Virus record (IMG/VR): IMGVR_UViG_3300026132_000002
Coordinates: 2,763 to 66,762 of that record
Direction: 5' to 3' (one strand)
DNA length: 64,000 nucleotides
Origin: a virus
Position 1 is the first letter of the stretch; every line of letters begins with the position of its first letter. The notes under the pieces were generated by a model that searched no databases, had not been told where the DNA came from, and saw only the letters and a list, made by a program, of their open reading frames with translations. Position numbers and translations under genes: made by a program. Shown one piece after another: positions 19,798-29,454 of this stretch.

Positions 19798-20227
19798 AGG
19801 TATAGGTGAAGTTGACAGTTATTTGATTGGACCCTGTGTTTCCTTGGGAGTCCGTCACCACACATTTGAAAGTGCCGGAAGTATTGGAATTTCCTGTGTT
19901 GGAGACAGTAATGGAAGAGCCCGAACCACTAATACTTCCCGCTCCTGATACTTTAGACCATGCATAGGTGTAAGGAGAAAAACCTCCCGAGGGGGTGGCA
20001 GTTATAGTCGTGGAAGCCGTACAGGAAGTTGTACCGTTTAACCCATAGCTACAACTAGCGTTACCCGCAGATAGGGAAACTGAAACAGATGCGCTCCAGA
20101 TAGTCACCCAACTGCTCCCATTCCATCTTCTTATGAATTGCAAGTTTGTCCAAGCTGAACCATCCCATCTGTCAAGATGGGTAGAGGGTGTTACCCAACT
20201 GCTGCCATTCCATCTATCAAAAGCCAT
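19787..20227 (-). CDS. Tail fibre tip/adaptor protein with one Ig-like domain
   Basis: Three RW[ND]GS.W repeats then ATPSGGFSPYTYAWS...CVVTDSQG Ig-like module. Confidence 0.65.
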   Translation of the reverse strand: MAFDRWNGSSWVTPSTHLDRWDGSAWTNLQFIRRWNGSSWVTIWSASVSVSLSAGNASCSYGLNGTTSCTASTTITATPSGGFSPYTYAWSKVSGAGSISGSGSSITVSNTGNSNTSGTFKCVVTDSQGNTGSNQITVNFTYTYVG

Positions 20228-20228
20228 G

Positions 20229-21335
20229 TTAATAAATCCAAAGGTCACCCGTGGCGGTTGCCGTAGGCGTTCCTGACTGGACGAAAATCACCGGGTATCT
20301 TGTGGTGCCTGAGTTGTTATAGAGCTGATTGATCCCGCTGATGTTATGGGCTTGCATTGCAACATTGGAACGGAACTGAGGCACGGCCACGCTGCTGCCT
20401 ATGTATAGGTTACCTCCAGTCTTCCAGAACCAGTTACTTACATTGCCCGCCGGGTCATTGAAAAGAACATCCACAGACCCATACTGAGAAAGGCTACCGT
20501 TAATGGCCATATTTCCGGAGCCGTCGTCTAGGGTATTCTTGTACGACTCCAACGTCGGCGCGCCACCGTTGTAGTTGGACACAAGGAAGTTACTCTGGTT
20601 GGCGCCGTCCCAAAAGGATTGGATGAACTGTGTGGGGATGCTACTGTTCAGCCGCACGTTCACCTGCGGATTTGAGGTGCTAGCACCGGTGGTCTGATAG
20701 ACAGAACCGTGGCCCCCGGTGAATACCGTATTACTTGAGTTACGGAACCCATTAGCAGTTATCAAACCTGAGTCATTGACAGTCAATACCGCAGTAGAAG
20801 TAGACAGGTTGTATATCTGCACCGATTGTCCGGTGGAGATATCCAGATAAGTAGCACTACTGCTTCCGATATTATTGGTAAGGCGTAAGGCGTCCCCTGA
20901 GGCTACATACAGGGTAAGTCTGGGAGTTCCACCTGCATCCTTGATGTACAGTCCTTCCCCACTTGTAGCCGGTCCACCTACACCCGAGTTAGGCAGATAT
21001 AGGCTTCCCCCATAATTCTGGGTGCTCGGCGATCCTCCACTGTTCATCACAATCACAGTAGGGATAGAGAAATTCACCAGAGCATTGTTGTTGGAACTGT
21101 AGAGAACCGTATCCCGGCTAATGGAATCGGTACTGCTGTCATAAGTACCCTGTCCTAGTTCCCATTCATTGGATGTAGCTCCCCCACTGGACTTTCCCGA
21201 TATGGAATAGCCCACCGTATCACCATTGGCATAAACCGATGAAAAGGTACGATTAGCAGTCAAAGCACCTTGCAGAGAGATACTGCCGGTGCCACTGACT
21301 GTACCAGTTTCAGCTACTCGGGGTGTCGTCTTCAT
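20229..21335 (-). CDS. Tail fibre protein
   Basis: N-terminal RVAET.T..GTG.I.L.GA...WELGQGTY...SRDTVLYSSN domain; C-terminal QSGTPTATATGDLWI. Confidence 0.75.
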   Translation of the reverse strand: MKTTPRVAETGTVSGTGSISLQGALTANRTFSSVYANGDTVGYSISGKSSGGATSNEWELGQGTYDSSTDSISRDTVLYSSNNNALVNFSIPTVIVMNSGGSPSTQNYGGSLYLPNSGVGGPATSGEGLYIKDAGGTPRLTLYVASGDALRLTNNIGSSSATYLDISTGQSVQIYNLSTSTAVLTVNDSGLITANGFRNSSNTVFTGGHGSVYQTTGASTSNPQVNVRLNSSIPTQFIQSFWDGANQSNFLVSNYNGGAPTLESYKNTLDDGSGNMAINGSLSQYGSVDVLFNDPAGNVSNWFWKTGGNLYIGSSVAVPQFRSNVAMQAHNISGINQLYNNSGTTRYPVIFVQSGTPTATATGDLWIY

Positions 21336-21648
21336 CTTCTTTGTCAGATTCTAAATCAATCCAGTTTTCGAATACTGCATGTCCGATTCTGGCTACCCGT
21401 GAGGTTTCTATGTCCACGATCAACCGTACAATGCAACGTCTGTCAGTTGCCAATTCCCACTTAGGGATATTAAGAACTTCCAATAATTTGGAAAATGCCG
21501 AGGCATCCGGCACCGCAATCGGTCCTACTTTAGCCGTGTTGTGAGTGTCCTCGTTAGGGAATAGGAAAACAATTTCTGCCCCCAAGGTCCCATCGGCCAG
21601 CATCCCTAAAGAGGTGTCTACAACAATTCCATTCCTTAGATCATACAT
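21310..21648 (-). CDS. Hypothetical protein
   Basis: 112-aa ORF with AAGGA RBS between spike and fibre genes. Confidence 0.6.
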   Translation of the reverse strand: MYDLRNGIVVDTSLGMLADGTLGAEIVFLFPNEDTHNTAKVGPIAVPDASAFSKLLEVLNIPKWELATDRRCIVRLIVDIETSRVARIGHAVFENWIDLESDKEDEDDTPSS

Positions 21649-21658
21649 AGTAGTTTCC

Positions 21659-22495
21659 TTACTTATCTACGGTGACACGCTCTGATTCAATAGTCGTGGA
21701 ATCAATCGGCGTGACGGGCGGAGACGTGGTGCCTCCTACGGAATCAATATGCTCATGCTCAGAGAGCCACTGCACAGTCTTAGAAACCAAGGCCAAGGAA
21801 TCCGTGATATCGTTAAACTGTGTTTGCGCTCCACTAGCACTGTTAATTTTCACGTTGCCGCTGGCATCAATTTCAATGGATGCCCCATTACAGTTGATCG
21901 TGAACGTCTTGCCAGTGGTGATATCCAGCGTGGCATTTCCACTAGGATCAATCGTAGCGGAAGTTCCGCTCGCATGGTGGATGTGCAGGTATTTGGGAGA
22001 AGCCGTCTTGGCAACTCTTTCCGATACCGGGTACTCATTACGCTCAATGGAGCTAGTTCCATCGACCTGATACTCATGGCGGTATACCGTGGGTACAGAA
22101 GTAGTCTCACCAAGCTTGAAGTAGGAACCATCCGGGGACCAATAAGTGAAGTCTCCCTTCTCATCCAGATAACGAAACGCTCCGCACCAGTGAGCGAAAT
22201 AGTTTTCAAAAGGAGAACCGGAATCCGAAGTGATGGCATTGGTGGGGCTGTCATAAATGGAACCTAGCCAGAAACCGTCTCTAGAGTCCTGATTGGGGAA
22301 GATAACCAGTCCCGCTGTTCCAATGCGGGGCATTTCCACCTGATTGACTGCGGCTCCATCCGCCGGGCCTGCAAAGAGCATGCGTACCGGAGGCACCGAT
22401 TGGCCCCCTGCGCCAATAACGTAGAGAAGCCGTTGCTCGGCGTCATAGCCGCGCACCCATGCTTTGGTTATGAACGGTACGTCACCGAGACTCAT
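21659..22495 (-). CDS. Baseplate central spike (gpV/gp5-like)
   Basis: N-terminal OB-fold-like region (MPRIGT.GLVIF..FWLGS), beta-helix repeats (HASGTSATIDPSGN), apex HEH + GGTTSPP. Confidence 0.85.
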   Translation of the reverse strand: MSLGDVPFITKAWVRGYDAEQRLLYVIGAGGQSVPPVRMLFAGPADGAAVNQVEMPRIGTAGLVIFPNQDSRDGFWLGSIYDSPTNAITSDSGSPFENYFAHWCGAFRYLDEKGDFTYWSPDGSYFKLGETTSVPTVYRHEYQVDGTSSIERNEYPVSERVAKTASPKYLHIHHASGTSATIDPSGNATLDITTGKTFTINCNGASIEIDASGNVKINSASGAQTQFNDITDSLALVSKTVQWLSEHEHIDSVGGTTSPPVTPIDSTTIESERVTVDK

Positions 22496-24114
22496 TTTCC
22501 ACCTTGTGCCTGCCTGAACATGGGCAGTGATTCATTAAAGAACTTGAGAAGATTGTCAATCCCAATCGTTCGGAACGAAGTCTGTCTCTCATCTGCCGAG
22601 ACGTAGGAATAGCCACCTTCCTTACGGATGATATTCCCCAGAAGCAGATCGGTCATAAAGGAAGTATCAGAGAAACTGGATTTGGGAAGTCCGCGTGACA
22701 AGACAAAGCTCGTCCGAGACGGGCCGCCAAACGTTATCGTATGAATACATTCTTCAATGTAGAATGTCCACGGATCACCCCCTTTGAACGGTGCATAAGT
22801 AAACTTGTTGCCGGGAAGAATGTCGGGGGCCAAGGGGGTTTCCACGCTGGCATTAAAAAGCTGCGGAGTAGGGCCGTAGTAGGACTGCAACTTGTAAAGG
22901 ACAGCCCATGCCAGTGCTTGAATGGAATCCTGAGTTACTTTGGGGTTCTTGGAGTTGGTTTGCTTGTGATCGTCCGAGAACCATATGGTAGTAAACACCT
23001 CCGGCATTATTCCGTAACGGTTAATGCTGTTAAGGTTGGCTCCAATTCCTTTCACTGCTTCCAGTAAGCTCACCACGGCCTGTGCCCCCTTTCCGGGCAA
23101 CATGGCCTTGAGCATGTAGGGGTCCAGCTTGTACAGATTGCGTACGTTGCCAATGGAGTTGCTAACGGTGGACTGGATGAACCGACTATCTTCTATCTCG
23201 TATTCATTCAAGGCATCCCACAAGTCCATATCCACTGTCACTTGGCTTTCATCTGTACCCGGGATATACAGGGACGGAATGGGCATTTCACGGGCAATGA
23301 AGCCGGTCTTTGCCGTGTTGCCCGCTAATGTAAAGCTTTCCCCTGTTGAAGAAGTGCTCGGGTAATTCTTCGCATCCTTATCCTCATAGGTCATCACGAA
23401 GGTTTCATAGAGGGGGTGGGGAAATATCTGGGAGAACTTCTGCATCCAGTTTCCATCAGAACTAAGGAAGCTGAGTAGCAACGGAATGTATAGATCGCTG
23501 TTTGAGCGGTATCCTCCGAAACGTGATTCCAATATGTCAGGCACCGTGATAAAGCTATTGTTGTTCCAGAACTGGGAGAGTTTCAAGTAGGGGGTAAAAA
23601 CTTGCTCATAGAACTTCTTGCCTGCATCTTGGGGACTAAGGGAGGCCGTGCTCATGGAAGAGACGATATCCTTGTAGGAGGAGATTACATTCAGATCAGC
23701 CAAGCTTCCTAACCACGTCAATGTGTAATAAGAGAAAGTGGAGAGGAAGTAGGTGAAGTCCATTCCTTCAATCAGAATACGTCTTTCTGCCGCACGGGAA
23801 CGCCAGTGCTGGTCTTCCTGAATGGATGTGACCAGACCAATGAATGCCAGATATTTGTGCTCTCCACGTCCCAGATAGATGAGCACCAGTGAGCGCACCG
23901 GAATCAACTTGGGGAGCGTGATATCGGTATCAGTTCCCAACAATGAAGTAGGTGCCAGCATTACCTGAAAGGTGGAAGGACGGCTGATACTGTTCCTTAT
24001 CTGAATTTGACGGAGGGGGAACTTATCAGGCGTCATGGAAATAGGCAGCCCCCCATACGGGTAGACCACCATTTCCGCACTCGGGGTTCCAAGACCGTCG
24101 AAAGAGTATTTCAT
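22492..24114 (-). CDS. Baseplate hub protein (gp27-like)
   Basis: FIGLVTSI...IEGMDF, SINRYG, DILPGNK...FYIEECIHT...T...LSRG; between tape measure and spike. Confidence 0.78.
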   Translation of the reverse strand: MKYSFDGLGTPSAEMVVYPYGGLPISMTPDKFPLRQIQIRNSISRPSTFQVMLAPTSLLGTDTDITLPKLIPVRSLVLIYLGRGEHKYLAFIGLVTSIQEDQHWRSRAAERRILIEGMDFTYFLSTFSYYTLTWLGSLADLNVISSYKDIVSSMSTASLSPQDAGKKFYEQVFTPYLKLSQFWNNNSFITVPDILESRFGGYRSNSDLYIPLLLSFLSSDGNWMQKFSQIFPHPLYETFVMTYEDKDAKNYPSTSSTGESFTLAGNTAKTGFIAREMPIPSLYIPGTDESQVTVDMDLWDALNEYEIEDSRFIQSTVSNSIGNVRNLYKLDPYMLKAMLPGKGAQAVVSLLEAVKGIGANLNSINRYGIMPEVFTTIWFSDDHKQTNSKNPKVTQDSIQALAWAVLYKLQSYYGPTPQLFNASVETPLAPDILPGNKFTYAPFKGGDPWTFYIEECIHTITFGGPSRTSFVLSRGLPKSSFSDTSFMTDLLLGNIIRKEGGYSYVSADERQTSFRTIGIDNLLKFFNESLPMFRQAQGGK

Positions 24115-26222
24115 TAGAAGTTAGGAACGTCTTTCAGGTGATTGAGCAAGGCTTTGCCTAGACTGGTAGTGGGAGGATGGGCCAAGTTCTCCAGCATCTG
24201 TTTCGGGGAATCCCATACTTGGTTATTATGCTTACCCATATTGTGGAACAACCCCCCATTGGACAGACCCTCTGCAATGTTCTGGAAGGTGGTTGCCAAG
24301 TGTTCGGCGCTGGTTGCCACATTTGAAAATGCCTTTACCACGATACCGCTCTGGGAGAGCATCAAGTTCTGGTACTTGGTGTACTGAGTCTGAAGGTTTT
24401 TGGCTCCAGCGGTATAGGTAGGAGTTAAGCTATGCCCTGCCGGACCTGTTTTTCCACCAGAACCGGGATGAGCATAGTTCCACGCCAATGTGGCACCTGC
24501 CGCGCCGTGAAGTCCTAATGCCGGTCCCATGAAGGCAGCAATGTCCCCACTACTCAACCCCATGCGCTTGAGCATGTGGTAAGTAGCCGGTCCCATCATC
24601 CGGTTCGCAAGTCCCATCTGTTGCATGAGGAAGTACATGCTTCCTGCACTGCTGGTATTGCTCAACTGCGTAGCTTCATGCTGAGTGAGGCCATACTTGC
24701 CCAACTTGCCCATGAGGTCTTTGGTGCTCATGCCCGGATGCAGCCCCATGTGCTGAAAGCTACGGGAAAGCGCCATGAACCGGAAAGGATTGGAAATAGC
24801 ATTTTGGGCTGCGCCTGCTAAACTACCTACTGTTCCTGCCGTTGCTCCTACAGTGCGCAATCCAGCGACACCGGAGCTTTGCAACATGGTCCGGATGGAC
24901 GAAACCATGCCCGGTTGTACCGCGCCCCCTCTCGCGGCGAGCGCCTGAATACCTGCTGTCATGGCCTGCATGGTCTGGGCATTCTGAATGCCCTGTTGAA
25001 CTCCCTTGGCAATCGTGGGCAGGTAGTAGCGTTGCATATAATTACGCAACTGACCGCCTTGATATAATCCAAGGGTGCGTCCTTCTCGCGCCATACCGTA
25101 GTAGGAGCTAATATCCAGACCACCCATGAAACGCGATGAGCGGGCCGACAGGAGGGCGCCAATGTCTTTCTGGGCCGCTGTAGCACTATGGAAGGGAAGT
25201 CCCAACTGAGAGCCAATGAGAGCGTTCTGCTGCGCATTTCTAGCCTCGGGGACTCCCGGTGCGAACCGTCCGACACCATAGCCGAAGGAACTGCCAATTC
25301 CAGCGCCTGTATGGCCCGTCACGCGGGCAATACGGCTCAGGTTAAGCTGGTACTGGCGCTGAAGCTCAGCGGCACCCAGATACTTGTGAACACCCCCCAG
25401 AAGGGCATGCTGGCCTTCGTAGTATTCCCCAAAGCCAATCAGTCCTCTACTGAAGAGCGCACCAATACCAGCAGTCAGGCCAAGTGCTCCCAGAGCACCC
25501 GTCCCTAAGAAGTCGCGGGCATTACTCAGCAAGCGATGGGTGTGCGTGGCCCCTCCCGCTGTGTACGGGAAGTGCCTGCGCATAAGCGCAGCAAATCCAT
25601 GTTTATGCCAACGACTCTTGGAAGCGCCTCTGCCCCCTCCTTCTCCTATGTCTTCATCTTCATCCTCATATGCAGAAGGAGCGCGCGGGTGAAGGGGGAG
25701 GGTTAGCTGGTGCTCATTGGCATAGCGCATCCGCTTGACCATATCTTCAAGCGGGCCACTAATGGATTCCAGTTCACGCTTTTCAATGCGTACAGTAGGT
25801 GTACGCCCAAACAGGCTTAACTGTGCTCCATATCCCTGCCGGTAATGCTCAGCACGAGCACGACGGGATTCAAAGGAAGCAGTCTTTAGTTGGTCGGAAA
25901 GACCTTTGGGGATGGAGCTACCGTAGCGCCGATAAACCTTGGCTACGTTTTCAGCTTCACGAACCTGATTCTTGAGACGAACCAGCTCACCAGTGCTAAG
26001 ACGCTGGTAGCTGCTCACAGACTGCTTTAGTTTTTCCGCAGCCTGTGTTGCCTGCGTAATCTTCTGCTCTACATGCCGAAGATTGGAAACCGAAGCAAGG
26101 ATGCCCTTGGGCAATCCCATGCTTTCCAGATTTTTCTGCAGGTCTTGGTTGTTCGGGTCGTTAAGTAGACGCTTGCCTAGATCACGACCGTACTTGTTAT
26201 AAATGTCAGGACGATCCGCCAT
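24114..26222 (-). CDS. Tape measure protein
   Basis: 702 aa, Ala/Gly/Met-rich helical; directly after tail chaperones. Confidence 0.75.
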   Translation of the reverse strand: MADRPDIYNKYGRDLGKRLLNDPNNQDLQKNLESMGLPKGILASVSNLRHVEQKITQATQAAEKLKQSVSSYQRLSTGELVRLKNQVREAENVAKVYRRYGSSIPKGLSDQLKTASFESRRARAEHYRQGYGAQLSLFGRTPTVRIEKRELESISGPLEDMVKRMRYANEHQLTLPLHPRAPSAYEDEDEDIGEGGGRGASKSRWHKHGFAALMRRHFPYTAGGATHTHRLLSNARDFLGTGALGALGLTAGIGALFSRGLIGFGEYYEGQHALLGGVHKYLGAAELQRQYQLNLSRIARVTGHTGAGIGSSFGYGVGRFAPGVPEARNAQQNALIGSQLGLPFHSATAAQKDIGALLSARSSRFMGGLDISSYYGMAREGRTLGLYQGGQLRNYMQRYYLPTIAKGVQQGIQNAQTMQAMTAGIQALAARGGAVQPGMVSSIRTMLQSSGVAGLRTVGATAGTVGSLAGAAQNAISNPFRFMALSRSFQHMGLHPGMSTKDLMGKLGKYGLTQHEATQLSNTSSAGSMYFLMQQMGLANRMMGPATYHMLKRMGLSSGDIAAFMGPALGLHGAAGATLAWNYAHPGSGGKTGPAGHSLTPTYTAGAKNLQTQYTKYQNLMLSQSGIVVKAFSNVATSAEHLATTFQNIAEGLSNGGLFHNMGKHNNQVWDSPKQMLENLAHPPTTSLGKALLNHLKDVPNF

Positions 26223-26490
26223 CTGCTTTATCTCTTAGGAACTTGGGGATAAACAATGAGGTATACTCGCGCAGGTCTTTGCCCGTGAGCACACTCATCC
26301 ACTTGCGAGAGTTCAGAAGAGGTTGAGGCGGGGGTTCACGCAGCTTGACTTCTTCAGGATGCTCCTTGGCATACCTGCGTATAATGTAGTCTAGCTGGAT
26401 ATCATTAAGATCGAGAACTTCTGAAGCGAAGGGGCTGCAGTTAAGTATCCGACTTACTGTCCACTGTTTCTCCAGCCTCGGGTTCTCCAT
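26206..26490 (-). CDS. Tail assembly chaperone, second ORF (probably expressed by frameshift)
   Basis: Overlaps upstream chaperone in the +1 frame; lies between tube and tape measure. Confidence 0.7.
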   Translation of the reverse strand: MENPRLEKQWTVSRILNCSPFASEVLDLNDIQLDYIIRRYAKEHPEEVKLREPPPQPLLNSRKWMSVLTGKDLREYTSLFIPKFLRDKADGGSS

Positions 26491-26860
26491 TTCCGGTGTC
26501 GCCTGTGCGAAATCGGGCTAGTTCGTCACTGAACGCCCTCCACACATCGAATAACGGAGCATCCTCGGGGAAGTTATCAGGGTTTACTTTAGGCTCCCCG
26601 CTCTTGTTTTCCGTAAAACACCATTTCGGTCCTCGCTCTAACAAGACTACAAAAGCGGCAGTAGCCTCATAGAGAATAGCTGTGAGCGGATCAAGACCTT
26701 CCTCACTTCCGATACCATCCGGGTCATCAAGCTTGCGATAGTAACGAGCCGTAGACCCCAAACGCATGTAATCACGTTGGTTCGGAATTTTGAAAATATA
26801 CGTATCACCATCATGGTTGACAGTGATTTGCGTCTGCATAGGATTGGCTGTTTCAGCCAT
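26441..26860 (-). CDS. Tail assembly chaperone
   Basis: AGGAGGG RBS; canonical position after tail tube. Confidence 0.75.
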   Translation of the reverse strand: MAETANPMQTQITVNHDGDTYIFKIPNQRDYMRLGSTARYYRKLDDPDGIGSEEGLDPLTAILYEATAAFVVLLERGPKWCFTENKSGEPKVNPDNFPEDAPLFDVWRAFSDELARFRTGDTGNGEPEAGETVDSKSDT

Positions 26861-26886
26861 ATTTCACCCTCCTTGGTGAGTAGAAA

Positions 26887-27399
26887 TTAAACGCCCAATG
26901 CGCTCAAGGCTGCACCAATGTAAGCGGCCTGCGTCAGAGCGTTATTGCCTGCGCTGAAGATAGATTCGCCCAACGGATTGAGAATATCCAATGCCGAGAA
27001 GGTAGTGGCTTCGGTGATAATCTCGTTCGCTGACACATTGATGTTCTGGGAGTTGGCTACGCAACCTACATACGTCAACAGCGGCTCTCCCGTACGATCC
27101 AGCAAATGGAAGTTGAACTGGTTGTTAGACAACACTTCCAACATAGTGGAAGGCTGTCCCAGAGCATTCAATCCTTCCGGTGTGAGCATGAAATTATCCA
27201 CACTCACAGAGGGTTGATTCCGCAACTGCTGAATTTCCTGCGGGTTGGCACTACCGATGCCATACAAGGTCTGGGTTCCGAAATCAGCTACCGGGTTTAC
27301 AGTCTGTGCAAATCCGATAACCTGCTCGCCCAACATGACCGTGACAGCGTTACCATTAAGCGCCTTGTAGTTAAGCGGGGTGGGTCCAAAGCTCGGCAT
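26887..27399 (-). CDS. Tail tube protein
   Basis: IGFAQTV...FGT..LYGIGS..PQE, LTYVGC, ANEIITE..TF.ALD; follows sheath. Confidence 0.85.
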   Translation of the reverse strand: MPSFGPTPLNYKALNGNAVTVMLGEQVIGFAQTVNPVADFGTQTLYGIGSANPQEIQQLRNQPSVSVDNFMLTPEGLNALGQPSTMLEVLSNNQFNFHLLDRTGEPLLTYVGCVANSQNINVSANEIITEATTFSALDILNPLGESIFSAGNNALTQAAYIGAALSALGV

Positions 27400-27411
27400 C
27401 TGTATTACCTA

Positions 27412-29190
27412 TTAAGCAGAAATGTTGAGGGGGTTGATAACCACGCTCACTTCGATGAAGCGGTACTGTCCAACCAGCTTCACATTCATAGTTGCCACCA
27501 GAGTCTGGTTGGTGCCCGTGTAGTTGAGAACCAAGGACTTGGCGTCCCAAGAATCAAGTATACCGTTACCACTGGCCGGGTTGTAGATAGCGTTGTTCAA
27601 GATTGCCTTGATCTTGTTCTTTGCCTTGGTCAGAGTGATCGTAGAAGCAACCTGTCCAATGTAGGGCTGCAGGCCCTGTGCCAAAAGGTAGGATAAAGCG
27701 TCCCGGCACGACACCTGCTGGTTGAAAACGTTCTCGGGGTTGTTATCGTTCTGCCACGTAGTCAGGTCCGATACAATGGTAGGAACCCGGCTCAACGTGG
27801 GGTAGTAAACGCACATCACACCAGCCTGCTGCAGAGCGTCAATCTGAGCAATCGTCAGATTCGTCTCTACACCAATACCACGCAGCGCCTTGTTGGTGAG
27901 AGGCAGTGCCGGGGCATTGCCTGCCATCGCCCCCGCCACAGCGGCAGCTACATACAATCCACTGTAGGTCTTCTTCAAGCCCGTATTGGAATCGTAATCG
28001 ATGATTCCGGGGTAGCAGAAGGTGCTGTGAATCGTATTTAGAGCACGGGCATTCTGCTCAGCGGTGGAAGTGCTATCACCAATCGCGGTGCCTGTTACGT
28101 ACCGACGCCATGCGTTGTAGGTAGAGGTGGAAGCGGTCTCTACGTGATCTGCACCAAGTGTCTGAATGGAAGCATCCGAGCTATCGATGAAGAGCACAGC
28201 ACCCGGCTCATTCAGAGCTACAGCCAGCGCATCCGTGTAATCCTGTGTGGACGGGTTCACATTCGTTCCACCCGTCAGATTTGCATACGAACTAGTAGCA
28301 GGGTCAAGAGTTCCTGCCGCCGGGGCATTCGCAGCAAGCGTTCCACTTACGGAAGCATTAGCAGCACTGTTGTTGAGCCAGTATACAATGGACTTGGCAC
28401 CAGCACTTACATTCTCAGCCGTGTTTGCCGTCAATGCCTGATTGGTTACAGCCACCAAGTTGGCAGAAGGCTGGTTACCGCTGGAAGGTCCAAGCAAAGA
28501 TGCGCGGAAGGCGCCTGTGCCATTGAGATATTCTACGAGCTTGCCAATCGTGTTGTACTGGCTAGTGGTAAGATCAACAGACACATTCTCACCAGCAGCA
28601 CCTCCGCTGGTGTTGAAAGTAACAGCGTCGGAAAAGGCATTCGCAGAGTTGGAAAGTGTAACGCTATAGGTTACACCCGTAGCCGACCCCGTGTAGGTCA
28701 ACTGGAAGGGAACAGTGATGTTGTCCCCGATATATTCCTGATTGGCGTAGGGGTCAAAGATAGTCAGCTTGGAACCAGCCGTGCTGCCTGATTCCATCTT
28801 CCAGCGGATTGTGTTGCCCGGAGAACCATAGTTGACAGCCGTCATCGTCAGCAGAGCATCGCTATTGCTGTTATAGATAGTTCCAGAAGCCGCTGTGTTG
28901 GGGGACGGGCTGATCAGCGTAATATAGGTAGCACCGTTAAGATCACCACCGGGGTTGGCAATCCAGTCTACAAAACCGGCAGACGGAGACCCACGCATGA
29001 AGGTCTTCAAATCATTGGGATTGCTGAAGGTGTAAGCGGTCTTGGGCACACCGCCGTAAGACTGCGCCACAAAAATAACCGTATTGGTTACTGCGGTGGA
29101 AACCGGAAGGTTGTTGGAAACATCAGCGTGCTCGGCTACACTCGGTACAACCAGCGTAGAGCCTGCAAATGTCTGGTTCACATTGGGCAT
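27412..29190 (-). CDS. Contractile tail sheath protein
   Basis: LTGGT...DYTDAL, AAAVAGAMAG..PALPLTNK, IDALQQAGV, DLTT, C-terminal FIEV; 592 aa. Confidence 0.92.
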   Translation of the reverse strand: MPNVNQTFAGSTLVVPSVAEHADVSNNLPVSTAVTNTVIFVAQSYGGVPKTAYTFSNPNDLKTFMRGSPSAGFVDWIANPGGDLNGATYITLISPSPNTAASGTIYNSNSDALLTMTAVNYGSPGNTIRWKMESGSTAGSKLTIFDPYANQEYIGDNITVPFQLTYTGSATGVTYSVTLSNSANAFSDAVTFNTSGGAAGENVSVDLTTSQYNTIGKLVEYLNGTGAFRASLLGPSSGNQPSANLVAVTNQALTANTAENVSAGAKSIVYWLNNSAANASVSGTLAANAPAAGTLDPATSSYANLTGGTNVNPSTQDYTDALAVALNEPGAVLFIDSSDASIQTLGADHVETASTSTYNAWRRYVTGTAIGDSTSTAEQNARALNTIHSTFCYPGIIDYDSNTGLKKTYSGLYVAAAVAGAMAGNAPALPLTNKALRGIGVETNLTIAQIDALQQAGVMCVYYPTLSRVPTIVSDLTTWQNDNNPENVFNQQVSCRDALSYLLAQGLQPYIGQVASTITLTKAKNKIKAILNNAIYNPASGNGILDSWDAKSLVLNYTGTNQTLVATMNVKLVGQYRFIEVSVVINPLNISA

Positions 29191-29206
29191 TCGTTATAAC
29201 CTCAGA

Positions 29207-29413
29207 TTACTTCGGAATGTGATTCCGCACAGCCTCCAAAATTTTGTCCCACTCTTCTACAGTGTGGTTCTCATCGCGGTGGAAGCGCATGATGACTCTC
29301 GCCAAGGGCTGCTCCACGTCCTGAAGCCCCAAACAATACTGAAGACTGTTCAGGAGCTTCTTAGGCTCAGACTGAGCGCGCTTTACCATCTTTTTGGTAC
29401 TCTTGGCGACCAT
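29207..29413 (-). CDS. Hypothetical small protein
   Basis: 68-aa ORF between neck and sheath genes; start uncertain. Confidence 0.5.
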   Translation of the reverse strand: MVAKSTKKMVKRAQSEPKKLLNSLQYCLGLQDVEQPLARVIMRFHRDENHTVEEWDKILEAVRNHIPK

Positions 29414-29454
29414 GTATGTATTGTCTTTGATCTAGCGGACTAAACCAAAAACCC

